A program made the translations under genes and the position numbers. From positions 443,077 through 507,076 of the forward strand of contig NMRA01000182.1 in the NCBI GenBank assembly GCA_002633005.1: a stretch of DNA of 64,000 bases. Reading direction: 5' to 3'. Below the pieces are notes generated by a model. That model worked only from the letters and a program-made list of their open reading frames with translations, did no database searches and was not told the DNA's origin. The DNA is from Phoronis australis (taxonomy: Eukaryota > Animalia > Phoronida). Positions 39,931-52,484 of this stretch are shown piece by piece; the stretch's first letter is position 1, and every line of letters begins with the position of its first letter.

Positions 39931-42900
39931 CTAAGACAATGAATGGTGAATGAGGCATTGAAAAAGGGGCAGTGAAAATGAAGAGTTAACAGGGGGACTA
40001 CTAAAACAATTGGGTCTGTGAAGTAAGCTTACAACAGCATTCCAGTCTTTTTGTAAATGCAGGAGATAATTTCACGAAAGGCACTAATACACATTTTTCA
40101 TGAGCGGTAAAGATATCATCAGTTTTTCAGAGGCAAAAATAGTAGCAGACATGCTGTACGCCAGCAGTTTGTTCGTTTCCTCAATAATTATTAGAGTTGA
40201 AGCGTGTTCACTTGTAGTAGTACATTGATAAACACTACGGTAGAGAAAATGCCGGTAGGTTTGACGCAACTCAAACAAAAACACTGGTGTTTTAGCCAGT
40301 GAATGGAATCAATTAGTTAAAATAGAGCTTCAAGGACAAATATTGCATAGCGAATACGCAAAACTTAGTTCATGTATCAAGGAATCTAGATGGCAAAATC
40401 TAAGTGAATCTCTCTGTTCCAGGCAATTTTGTAAACATGGAATTTCAGCGTACTGCTTTTAAAATTTCTTTCGTGTGGACCTCCTGAAGTCAAATGCAAA
40501 TGTTGAGATATTTCCCCCATCTCTTCCTTCGTTAATTCGATACCATTAAGACATTCAACCAATACACCTGCTGCTATATTCTTGACTCAACATTGTACAT
40601 TAGTATAATTCCATTAGTCCACAAGTACTATTTTATATCAGCATCACTAACACAATTGCATAACTTGTAATTGCACCTGGTCCTGAAAACCCAACATTCA
40701 ATTTTTGTCCCCATTAATTAGAAAGCACTTGGAAAAAAGAGTTCTACCAGAGCCTCAAAGTTCCCCACATAACAAAGAGTGGTCACATCTGAATGAGTTG
40801 TGTGCATCCACAAATCCACAAACCAAAATGTTGAACTGTAGTGAACGTTAAGGAGACTTAAAATAGTTCTTTTGGCTAATTTGCAATTACAATTGACTTT
40901 AGTGCAAGAATGGTGAAGGCATCCAAATAAGCCATTCAAATGTTAGGATAATTGTCCACAGCGGACTTTTCAAAGTTTCTTGTTTTTTAACACCCATGCC
41001 CACCCCCTGATTTTTTAATTTCCTAATTTAAGCACCCTTGGTGCAAAACAAGGAGGGTAGTATACAAGTAAAAGCCCAGGCTTCGTCTGGTACAGCCTAT
41101 CCATTCACATTCGACACAATTCCTCATAAAATCAGGCGTAAGTCATAAATTGAAATATCAGCTTGTGTGGCATATACAATACGTCAATTTAATGGCGGAG
41201 GTAAAGAAATTCTCTAAAACACCTTTACCAGACAGTAGTAAAAGTTTCTTAGTGACAGGTAAGAGATAGAAAGGCCAGGCTAACTGTGCTAAGACATATG
41301 TTTTCATACAGGACTGTTATGACAATTTAAGTCTAAAAAAATCAGCTCAAGGAATTACATGATATTGAGTGGCACTACACTAAAGATTTTTCATTACTGG
41401 ACAAAAAAAAAACACACCCGCAGACTTGTACAACCATAGACTACAGTCTATGGTACAACTTATACACAACTTGATATATGTCACAAAAAATGAATGAAAT
41501 GAGAGAACAATGCAACTAGGGAAGAGCCTGGCTTACATATTGACAACACCTTGTCTACACACCCAAAGGTGATGTCAATGTAAATCAGTGCATGTTGTAA
41601 ACAACATTGTGTGACCAGTGGGGTGGGTTGGGGGCTGTCACTAGGGGCAGAAAGAAATTAAAAAATATGAGTGGGAAGACCAGAAATCAGATTGTGAACA
41701 GACAACTAATAACGAAGTGGCAGCTGATGGGGGCTGAGGATCAAAACCTTTGCGTGTGTTTTGTATATATGGTATTGATGTTAGATCTCTTAGTGTTTAT
41801 TAATAAGAGTTTAGTGGTTCACCATGAACATTCCTTAACAACCTGGTGTATTATCATCGTATTACATCCCCTGTGTGTACAAAAGAAGCTTATGGTACAA
41901 TATTTTTTGGAAAAGTACAAATGAAGGTTTATGTGATTGATGGACTGGATTATAGAATAACTATGTGCATATATATGTATATGTAGATATAGATAGATAA
42001 ATGGGGAAGGAACACTTTGTTTCCAAATGACTTACATTGTTTCCTCAATAATCCATACCTTCCTGGAGAAAAAACTTTTAGTTTCACAAGGGAAATAGAC
42101 AACTGGACAAAAAATTCTCTCATATTTCACAGCTAATGCAGGACATAGGATATGAACAAATAAAAGATCACAGACACTAGCAAAACTATCCACAGCCCTA
42201 AGACAGTGTAGACATTAACACAGAGTTGATTGTTCCTTGATAGAACAGACGGAAAGAGTACTAAAATAGCCCCAGTCACAGCCTACAAAATTCTATTTGA
42301 CCACAAAATAACGATAAAAATCGGGTATTAATATAAACAAGCCCACGGCTGTTGAGACTGAGTCTAAGCACTTGCACCCTATTGAGAAAGACAATTGAAT
42401 GGGGGGTAATTGTCTTGGCTCAACAGAGATGACCTAGTGGGCATAGCTGGCACAGCATGGTCACACTGCCTCAGTGGACCCTAACACAATGAGTATCATC
42501 AAGAGGTCAAATGTGTTCACTTTATACTTGTTTATTGTTTTCTTTGGCAAGTTCACGGTCATCTGGAACTTATTTTTTTACTTTTTAGTACAGGTAGGCT
42601 GCCACTGGGTCATATCTGAGCCAAAGAGGATTCTGAATATTAGAGACAGTAATTATTGCTTGATCTCATCTGAAATAATATTTTGAACTGAGTGTAGAGA
42701 TCTGCATTTGAAACACTTCACCTCCGATTGCACTTACGAAAACGTGAAACGTTTGAAAATATGTATTAAAGGCTGTTACAGTAACACAATGTTCTACGAA
42801 TTGGAGATGGCTCCGGTACATTTTTCTGTCATTGCATGCATATTTATTTATACCCGGTGTGTGCTGGAAACAATCCAAAAATCAATTACTGGATGAAGCC

Positions 42901-43121
42901 GACGACGTAAACAACTGCGCTGAACGTGACTCATGGCGCATTTCGTAAATTACTTGGTATCGTTACACACACAGGCTGTATAACCCACTGACCAGTAAAA
43001 TAGGGTCTGACAAGAGACCGGCCGAGACGACAGATTATAAACACGTGGTTAAATCCTAAGATTATTCAATATTACCGCAGCGGGTGGTCGCTCGTAAAAT
43101 CAGCTGATCAACAATAGTTCA

Positions 43122-43622
<501 letters not shown>

Positions 43623-43697
43623 TTACAAACGAAACTACAACTTTTTCTAGGTTAAACAAGACTCGGGGTTATCCCAAATTAGCCGTGAATTCCCTAA

Positions 43698-43806
43698 AAC
43701 CGCAGCTAAAGACGCAAAAACCGCGCGGTGTGGTGTTGACGAAATGACAATACACCAATCAATGAAACGTTTTATAGCACTCCTCTTTGACCTCTTACTC
43801 ACCACA
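43698..43806 (-). promoter_or_regulatory. Runx proximal (P2-like) promoter with TATA box and clustered RUNX-binding motifs
   Basis: Minus-strand TATAAAA at 43770-43776, about 160 nt upstream of the ATG. RUNX consensus sites: AACCGCA 43698-43704, TGTGGT 43729-43734, ACCACA 43801-43806. The region is locally CpG-rich. Confidence 0.6.
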
Positions 43807-46800
43807 GGTCAAACCAAATAGGATATCAATGCGCGATACCCACGTGATTTTCATTAAATTGAAACTGTTCTTCCAATAATATACTACTAAAGATATTTCC
43901 AATAATAACCAACCATATTTTAAAGTTACTTTATGACCAAAGAATCTATTTGAAAAACACCAGTTCAAAAACTAAGGAGTCGTGTACTACACGGCGGATG
44001 AATACAATGTGAATAGGCTTCATTCACAGAAATCGTATATTTACACTAAATGACCGTAGTAGTAAATGATTCACGGATGCATGTTTATTTGCGCATTGCT
44101 TCAATGTGCACTGTGAACAGTGCAAACGGAAAGGTCATTTCCTCGGCGCCTTTTATCAGAAGTCCAGGCAATTAAAAATGTCGAGAAAGTGTCTAGCAGT
44201 TCCCGTGATGACTTTTTGACTCCAGTGATTCATAAATTAACGAAAACTAATTACAACAAACAATGCATAATGAGTAAAACCATGTCTTTACGAGGATAAA
44301 TAAATTTCAGCTTATATCGGTCTAAATATGCAGCTTCATTATTTCACACAGAAAAGCGTGATAATAGTGAGATAGACTTGTTTTATGAAAATGTATGATA
44401 ATGCTTGCGTTTGTCGCTTGCGAAATTGTCTTCTACGTTAAATGAACAATGGCAATGGAACACGACGGCGCAATAAGAATTTCTACATAGCGAAACAGAC
44501 ACAAGTATTTATCCCACAGTACGAGTACACAAAGCCCTTCATCTTCATTACAAGACAGTTTCGGAAGATCAAAACAAAACTATAAACCTTATCAGTCTAC
44601 CAGGTCACTCGCCAAATAAAGGTAAGTGATGTTGTCATAAGTTAAACAAAAGTTTAGACCTGCGAGTAAACAATTGTTTAACGTTAATAACATTTACAGG
44701 AAATTCATACAATAGACGGCCTACCTGAAATAACAGTACACATCAAAGGTGTCATATTGGGGTTTATAATCGATAAGGTCAAGTAAAAATATTTGGGGAA
44801 TTTCATCTGACGGGCCGCACAACACGTAAGTGGGGCGTTGATCGATGGAAGAGAACGCATCGATGGCGAAAGAATGTTTCTGCGTTCTGTTATCCAAGCA
44901 TTGTGCAAAAGAAGTAGCATCCTTCATTAAAGTTTTGAAATAGTTGATTCATCTCATTCCATAAAAATGCAACTCGAAATACACTTATTGTTCTGTATTT
45001 CTTTGTTGTGTGTTTCGGGTTTCCATAGATCAATCACTCTCGACCTACAATATCGATCAAGGTCACCGATACATCGAAGATACCACAACCGATGGTCATC
45101 TATTAATTTAAATTTATGAATTTTTGGATAAATCGTGAAACTCTAGACTCAGTTCAGGTATGCCTTTACACGTAACACAAGTCCGTCAGTTTTTGAGAGA
45201 AATTTTAAAGCAATAGAAGAACAAGCTCAAAATTATATAACTGAGCAGCCTCGTCATCAAATTAATTTGTCGAGAGAGGGTTTCGCTACGTGCCTCTCCC
45301 GGCTAACAGACTTACACTTGGTAGTTATCTAAACCTGCAGTGCTAAAAATTACAAATCCAACGCTATAGGAGACACAGTCCTGTTCAACAGGCTAACTCG
45401 GCTTCTTCTGGTGGGCACCACGTTCAGTCGCCCCCTTTTGGCATCTTTGAGTTGCCAGCGTCGGTCATCGGCTACGTTTCGCCCACGGTACGCTTTAAAC
45501 TTGGGGGCACGTCTTCAGTTTCCGGCTCTCGTATAACAGGAAAACATAGCCTTATCCCTTGCAAACGTAACCCTCACCGAAACCCAAAACGTAGTTCGAA
45601 ACAAATTCCAATCTAAGGTCCCAGTTAGTCGTAGCGCCTGATAATAGATCCTTGGTGAGAAGACAAATTCAAGTCTGCGTCTTCTTTAACAGGCATGCAT
45701 TTGAAATGATCAACCAGATATTTTTGGGAAGTAAACAAAAATGTGCGAAATGCTAGTCTTAATCCGGCATTGTACTTTGACACCATGTGATGTACAACGA
45801 CTGTCAAAACAAATGCAACGAGGGAAAAACAAAACAAAACAAAACACCTACCCCGGGCGTGACGCGGCACAGGTGTAATCTTGGGAAAACCGAGAGATAA
45901 CTGTACTGTCATGTCAACCACAGCTGTCTTTTTATATCAAACATTATCCCATTAATATCACTAGACATAATTAATAACATGCGTAGAACCAAACTGTTAT
46001 AATTATTTACTAAATAGACAAATAAAAAACGTGTATGTTTATTTCCTCAATTCTCCACTATTTTGCAATAATCCCCCGAGAATCGACTACAGCAAATTAG
46101 CGTAGGCGTGTACTTATTTTTAGTAAGGTAAACAAAGGTAATTACCATGCAGGTACGGTGTCATAACCACTGCCATTAGAAAATTATATTTTCTAGCCCG
46201 CCTCAACGTGTTGGAAGTAATTCATCTTACGACCAAAATTTGTTTACTTCCAAGTTGATTTTAAAAATGGAAACATTGTCTGTAAAACAATGGCTAGTAC
46301 ATACAAGTTTCAAAAACAGAAGCAATGAATACAGAGACAAAAATGAATACGAGTATAAGGTTTTCATCCAACTAAAAATCGTTGCAGAAAAAACCTATTA
46401 ATACTAAAATGTCATTGTTATTATTAGATGACGCCCGTATCTAAATTCAAGCGAACTGAATTATTGCAGCTCGAAATAAGCATGATAAAAAGACCTAGAT
46501 AATGTGACGTAGTCTGAACTGATACGCACTAAAGCTTGTAATGACGTCAGCCGGACGGTGACATTGAAAAGTTGTTGCTAATTTCCAACTTCCATAGGCT
46601 TGTCACGATGTTTAGTAAACAAAGCTTGTGAAACGATGACGATTGCTTTTTGGTGTCATCGTGACGTGTTTTAATTGCCTAATTGAACATAGTTGGAAAT
46701 AAATATACTCGTTATATTTTTGTCATTATTAATATGGATCTGCCACATCGACTTCAGTATAAATGCGTACATGAATTAAAAACTGTAAGGTGTGCAAGGA

Positions 46801-47418
46801 TTTGTATGCGTGTCTGTACAGAGGTTCTATACAAAAAATAAGTGTTATTTATGAGTTGATGAAAAATTGCCTTTCTATAGGTGCCAACTAATGCTACGTA
46901 ACTCTAATGTTATTGGTTCACCCATGCCCTCACCAAAACAATATTTCACAGAAGCTTTTCTACGAAAACCATCAACTCTAGAAAATGTTCATATGCACTT
47001 TCTCAAAGGCCGGGTTTTTTGCGACCATCGCGAACGATAAGCCTGTGACCGTCTTCGGCTGGGCTTCTTTCTCATTTATGTCCATGAGAGAACACAAGCG
47101 TGTAGTAAACGCCAGTGATTTCATCTTTCTGGGTCATCTTAGTTCGTTTGTTTGCCGCCAGGACCTGACAGTAAACACTAAAACATGGCGTCTTCTATAG
47201 TCGTCTGATTTTGTAGAAATCTCGAGTAATATAACAGTCCATGCCAATTTGGTAAGTGTTAATTAATAAACTGACGAATGTCTATCGTCTTGATACTACT
47301 TGATGGGTGAATAGTAACTGATTTTTGAAATCCTCACATGTGCACAGTTGCACCTTTTACTCCGTGACTGAAAACGGGCGCTCAGAAAAGTGACAGCGAC
47401 GCACGCTGCTCACTGTCT

Positions 47419-47984
47419 ACAGTGACCACCGCCAGTAGAGACAGTGAAGCTCCTATAGGCGCTTCATACGCCGAAAGCTTTTTTGGCGAAGTATGCCTCG
47501 CACTGACTAAAAAATCAAAATCACGTTTTTATAAATACCTTTTGCGCATAGAGGGACACCTTAGGAGGCCGTCGATGTATTTAATTAATTCCAACTCTAA
47601 CAAATACTCCCATTCAAACTTTTTCTTGGAGCAGTCCTTCTTTCAGTTCCCAAAATTGGTAACTCACCATTTTCTCTCTGGTCATGCCAGGGGATATGAT
47701 GTCATACCACTTGCCACGCGTAGTGTTAAAAATGGTGAGTTACCGACTTTGGGAACTGAACGAGGGACTGCTCGAAGAAAAAGTTTGATAACCGGAGTAC
47801 TTGTTTGAATTAAATGCATCGACGACCTCCTAAAGTTCCCATCTATGCGCAAAAGGTATTTATAACAACGTGACTTTGATTTAGTCAGTGCGAGGCATAA
47901 TTCGCCGAAAAGCTTCTGGCATATGAGGTGCCGATAGGAGCTCCAGTGACCTAATGGCGGTGCCAGTAGGATGGTGGTCACTGT
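47419..47984. mobile_element. Foldback/MITE element: about 250-bp inverted arms around a spacer of about 57 bp
   Basis: 47419-47671 is the diverged reverse complement of 47729-47984 (e.g. tataaataccttttgcgcataga / tctatgcgcaaaaggtatttata; ggtaactcaccattt / aaatggtgagttacc). Confidence 0.9.
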
Positions 47985-49074
47985 CTAGCGGGTCGCGATC
48001 CTCTGTTGATAGACCTTGACTGACATGTCAAACTACAACCAGGAATCGGTCTGTAAAAAGTAGGTGAAATTACACCTAATTCAATAGCTCAAACAGAGCT
48101 GAAGGTCCATCAAGAAAAGTACCAGTTTCAGTGAAATGGACATAAAATCAGAAGAAATTCCCAGTAGGCCTATATGGGGGCAAATGAAAGGGCAAACTAC
48201 CCATGAAACTTTTAAGTTGGCAAACACATCTTGCATGGTATTCTTGGCTTCTTTCCTGTTCTAACTCCCCACCAGAAATTTCCATGGAACAGGCGTTCAT
48301 TTAGCCATGTTAACGCTTGACCTCAAGCCTTCTATCGGGTACTATGTTTTCGTATCCCAACCAATTCCACTATTTGGGCACAAAGAATTTTTTGTTTTCA
48401 CGATTAATGATGTGTATACATTGTCAATTTGTCCTGAAACAACAGGTATACCAGAAATCAAAATCTCATTTTTAAACAATTTTCATATATTTACAGTTAG
48501 CTGAAATACCTGTTGCTTGATTATAAATAAAAAAGTAGATCACGTTTTTCTCTCAGCCATAGTGAAAATAAGTGCATTTTTGCAAATCTACCTAAAAGCA
48601 AAGAAGGATAGATGTTTTTTAAAAACTGCCAAGAACATCGAAAATCGAAAGGGCATGAAATGATTTGCCACATATTTGAAGTCGTTTCAAATAACTCGGA
48701 CATTCAGCATATGAAAGAATTGCCAAAGGTGGTTATAAATGTACACCATATAACAACAATAAACAATAAAAAACTGATATGGCACAAAAGTTTGACAATT
48801 CTTAGAAAGAAAATTGTTAAAAGCTTGCCTAGTTTCACATTAATGCATAGCCTTGTGTAAAAATGTGCGAGTTAAAGTGTGGTGACTGAACTTTTTTGAG
48901 AACTGGCGACAAGTAAGGTCATTGGTGAAAAAGTCTCTCCGTCACCAACATTCAGTGTTCAATCATCTAATTATTCTGAAGTCCTAGTGGCTGCAGATTA
49001 GTCAGCACAAACTTATGAGATTTTTATCAGAATAGCCAGGTAATCCACCAGACAAAGTTTTATTTATTTCAAGC

Positions 49075-49133
49075 AGGCGTGTTCAAGGTCATAGGCGTGT
49101 TCAAGGTCATAGGCGTGTTCAAGGTCATAGGCG
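49075..49133. repeat. Perfect 18-bp tandem repeat (aggcgtgttcaaggtcat) x3.3
   Basis: Directly visible. Each unit contains TCAAGGTCA. Confidence 0.95.
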
Positions 49134-52025
49134 CAATGTTCAGTTTGTAATAAAGCAATAATAGTAACATTGTAATACTGTGGAGACACAGTTAAGAAAT
49201 CTTTCTGTTTGTATCAATGATCTGTTGAAAATCTGCACTTGACACCAGTTGACATGAGTGGCGGTTATCATAACTCTACTGTTGCGATGCCCCTTGGTTT
49301 TGTCTCTCACACACTCAATCATTTATTGCGTGATTTTGTCCTGCGTGTGATGAACGATTTCGCTTTTCTTTTCTTGCTGCATCTAATTAGATAGTGAATC
49401 GGTTAATTGGCAATCTTTGTACGCTGTCAACAGCAATGAGTTGGCCTCTAGTAAAAAAATTACAGAGCTTTCTAACAAAAACCTGGACTATCTATAAAAT
49501 CAAGGGACATGTGAGAGATAATAGGCAATGTAAGATTGAGAAAAATGTCTTTGACACGTACCATAATCGCACAAAATGTTGAAGAGATGCCTCGCCATTT
49601 TTTCCTTTAGAATTTCTCTACTGATGAATGTGCTCGACTTGAGACTCATACGCTGCTGTTCATAGCAATAGGGGTGCCAGTAAGTCCAGGAGCAGAGTTC
49701 ACAACTTCCCATCATTGAAATATCAACAGGTACTGTTTAAAGTCATTGCTGGTTAGGCAAATCTATTTAAACACAGTTTCATGGTAATCTTGTGCTTAAC
49801 GCCCCATTAAGGGGATACTAATGGACATTCTGAGGCCTGCCATTGGTTGATGCATGCCACGGCTTGCCTCTTGACTCGTGCTTGGTAAGCAGGCTGCTAT
49901 GAGTGGTTTAAGCCAGTAATACTGGTTTAATCTGAGTCGAAATCTGATGATTATGGATTACTAAGATTTCCACTGCTAATAGGGACTGACATTTTTTCAA
50001 GATAAAAGTTAATTACTGTGCTCTCAGACCATACCTGGGTTGGAAATACTTCTGTTTGTGATTATTCAAGTGTCGCAATTAAGGTCATCATGATGCATTC
50101 TAATTTCAGAATTGTTTTCAAATTGGATGATTTAATATCTTTGTTTCTGCTCTGCTTGAAATGTTTTCCTAGTTTTTAACTTTGCCATGAAATTACAAAT
50201 GTACACCATGCTACTTTAAAGGGCTTATAAAGTTGTGGGTTCTGCCAAAATAAATTGTTTTTGGACACTTACTGAACTAAAATAAATCTCAGATTAGACA
50301 TTTTTCACCTGGCTCAAGAGTAACGGCTTTAGACCCAGCTATAAACTCACCTTCCATCACAAAAATCAACTTTTAATTTAGACCACTGACTGTTATGGAA
50401 TTGAGTAACTTGTTCCTTGGTCAAAATAGATAGGATTTCTGGAGTTGGAAGAAATGGACATTTCTTTATTACTTGAGACTTCTCGTCTAAAAGCCCTTTC
50501 ATACTAACTTAACTCCAGTATGAGCGGAGTGTCGATGTAAACTGTGAAGTTAGTTGAACAGTTCATCATAGCTGTGGTAGATAACGGAATTGGAATAAAC
50601 AGTAGGTGACGCTGCCGTCGTCGAAGTAATCACAAGGTGGCACTTGAGCTAGTCTGAGAAATGGCGACTTTTCATCCTGTGGGCATTAAGATTTTTTTAT
50701 CTGACAAGTTGAGAACATTTACGTGGGATAGTTGATATAAACTTTTTTAATTCGACTGGGATTTAATTAAGTAAAATAATAACATAGTAGCGACGACGCT
50801 GCTCTTGGTTGATGATAGCAGTGGCCCCTGGCGATAACTTTGATGAGACTGAAGATGACTGTTCATACCATGCTGAAGCGTTGCTGCTCTACTGTTAAAT
50901 CTATTGTTTACGCAAAGGTTAACTGGCACTCTTAACTTTGATCCAGGACCTAAGTAAACCTTTCATACTGATCGCAACTAACCAAAACATCGAGGTATTG
51001 ATATTACCTAGTATGAAAGGGCCTAAAGAACAATTTGAGATTAAATTTATGATGTTAAGTGGTCTGAATAGAAAGTAAGTTTGCTAGACAAGTTGCGGTT
51101 TATACCCATAACCTCGCAATCGATGAGGTTTTACGATAGTTGCTAAGTTGCTTGTGAGAGTGGGTTAGTTTCAGTTGCTAAATTAGCATGACCCTCCAGT
51201 GAATACCTGACGATTTATGTAACCAATGTTGCATTGGAAGAGCAAATATGCCTGTGAAGGTAGTGAGTGTTTTTAAAACCAGATCACGGTTACAATATAT
51301 TTTAAACCATCCATGGCCTAGCGAATTTGGTAAAATTTATTGAGTGGATGGAAGTGGGGCATGAGCATTTTATTTCAAACATGTGACTCTTTAACATTGT
51401 GAGAGGATGAAAGTGACTGTCGCTTGACTTAATTTCAAATGCTGTTGCGCAAGAGCAGTCATTTTGAGACCTTGGACATTTTGCGTGAATTATTTGACTA
51501 TCCTTCATTACAATGCTGATACTTTGATGACACGATTGTTGTGAAGAATTAAAAAATGGCGGGAAATCCCACTGCATCAAATCTTCATTTAGACCGTTGT
51601 ACGCTGTCCACTGACTACTCAATCCCTTTTTAGTGACGCCTGTGGCCATAGACAATTCACTGTTATACAGAGAGTTGTTGTTGGTTATCTTCAGAACACC
51701 AGTGTGCTGTCAATAATGAGTGTATGGTAGCCTTACTATGGAACATTTTTCTCTCCTTCCGTGGTTTTCTCCATAGCACTGACCCAATTTTTGTTGTACC
51801 CACAAGAATGCGATTTTCCCTGTCCTCACAGACACTTACCTTTTTGTGAAAAGTAACCCTCCTCATAGTCAATGGTTATTCTGTTGAAATCACAGTAAGC
51901 CTGTCTTGTGACCCACTGAAGACCTTTGAGTCATCAGCCTGGTGTAAGACATATGTACATTGCAGTGGATGGTGATGTCAGATGATGACAAACCACACGG
52001 ACTGCAGGCATGCCTTACTGGCAGG

Positions 52026-52044
52026 TGTCCACCAGATGGCGCTG
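52026..52044 (+). promoter_or_regulatory. Strong CTCF-like motif between Runx and Supt3h
   Basis: tgtCCACCAGATGGCGCtg matches the CTCF core consensus CCAC/GCAG(A/G)(G/T)GGCGC. Confidence 0.5.
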
Positions 52045-52424
52045 GTGAAAGAAGCTAATATAATTAGACCTACAACCACTGGAGATCTGGGGGATGTGGA
52101 AGTTATGAATGATTTGCGCAGGTCTAAACCATAGTTCAGCATTTTTATGATAAAGGATATTAGCCTAGTTAGATTTAATATGATTTTATTGAGAATGAAA
52201 GCCATTGATAACAGCTTTAAATGTACAACCGGCCAGCATGGTGCTGTACCAGTAGACATAAGAACCTTTTGAGACAGCAATATCACAAGACTTTCCTTGT
52301 CTGCAATTACAAGCAAAGCACGTGTTTACAGTAACTTTACTCATGTCTTGGCTTTTTTCTCTCTGTGGCTAAGTATGTTACTGCGAAACCCTAGGAATGT
52401 TTCTAAGCGTGATGTCATGTTGAC

Positions 52425-52484
52425 GTCACACTGGGTCCAAAACGTCATGACGTCAAAATTATGACATTTTGGACCCAATGTGAC
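52425..52484. repeat. Hairpin with 24-bp arms (22/24 matching) and a 12-nt loop
   Basis: gtcacactgggtccaaaacgtcat / atgacattttggacccaatgtgac; it overlaps two TGACGTCA motifs. Confidence 0.85.

Noticed and set aside
41433-41454. 10-bp inverted repeat accatagact-ac-agtctatggt
   Set aside because: Too short to interpret; probably a MITE remnant or footprint.
47422-47981. Two similar ORFs on opposite strands (FGEVCLALTKKSKSRFYKYLLRI / FGELCLALTKSKSRCYKYLLRI)
   Set aside because: They are mirror translations of the foldback element's inverted arms, not genes.
49075-49133. CRISPR-like array (also considered for 4471-4519 and 24788-24912)
   Set aside because: The repeats are contiguous with no unique spacers, no cas genes are present, and the context is eukaryotic.
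51840-51880. Minus-strand exon-like segment MRRVTFHKK with a perfect AAG|GTAAGT donor, as a distal Runx exon
   Set aside because: It ends in phase 0, incompatible with the phase-1 Runx acceptors, so it could only be non-coding or spurious.
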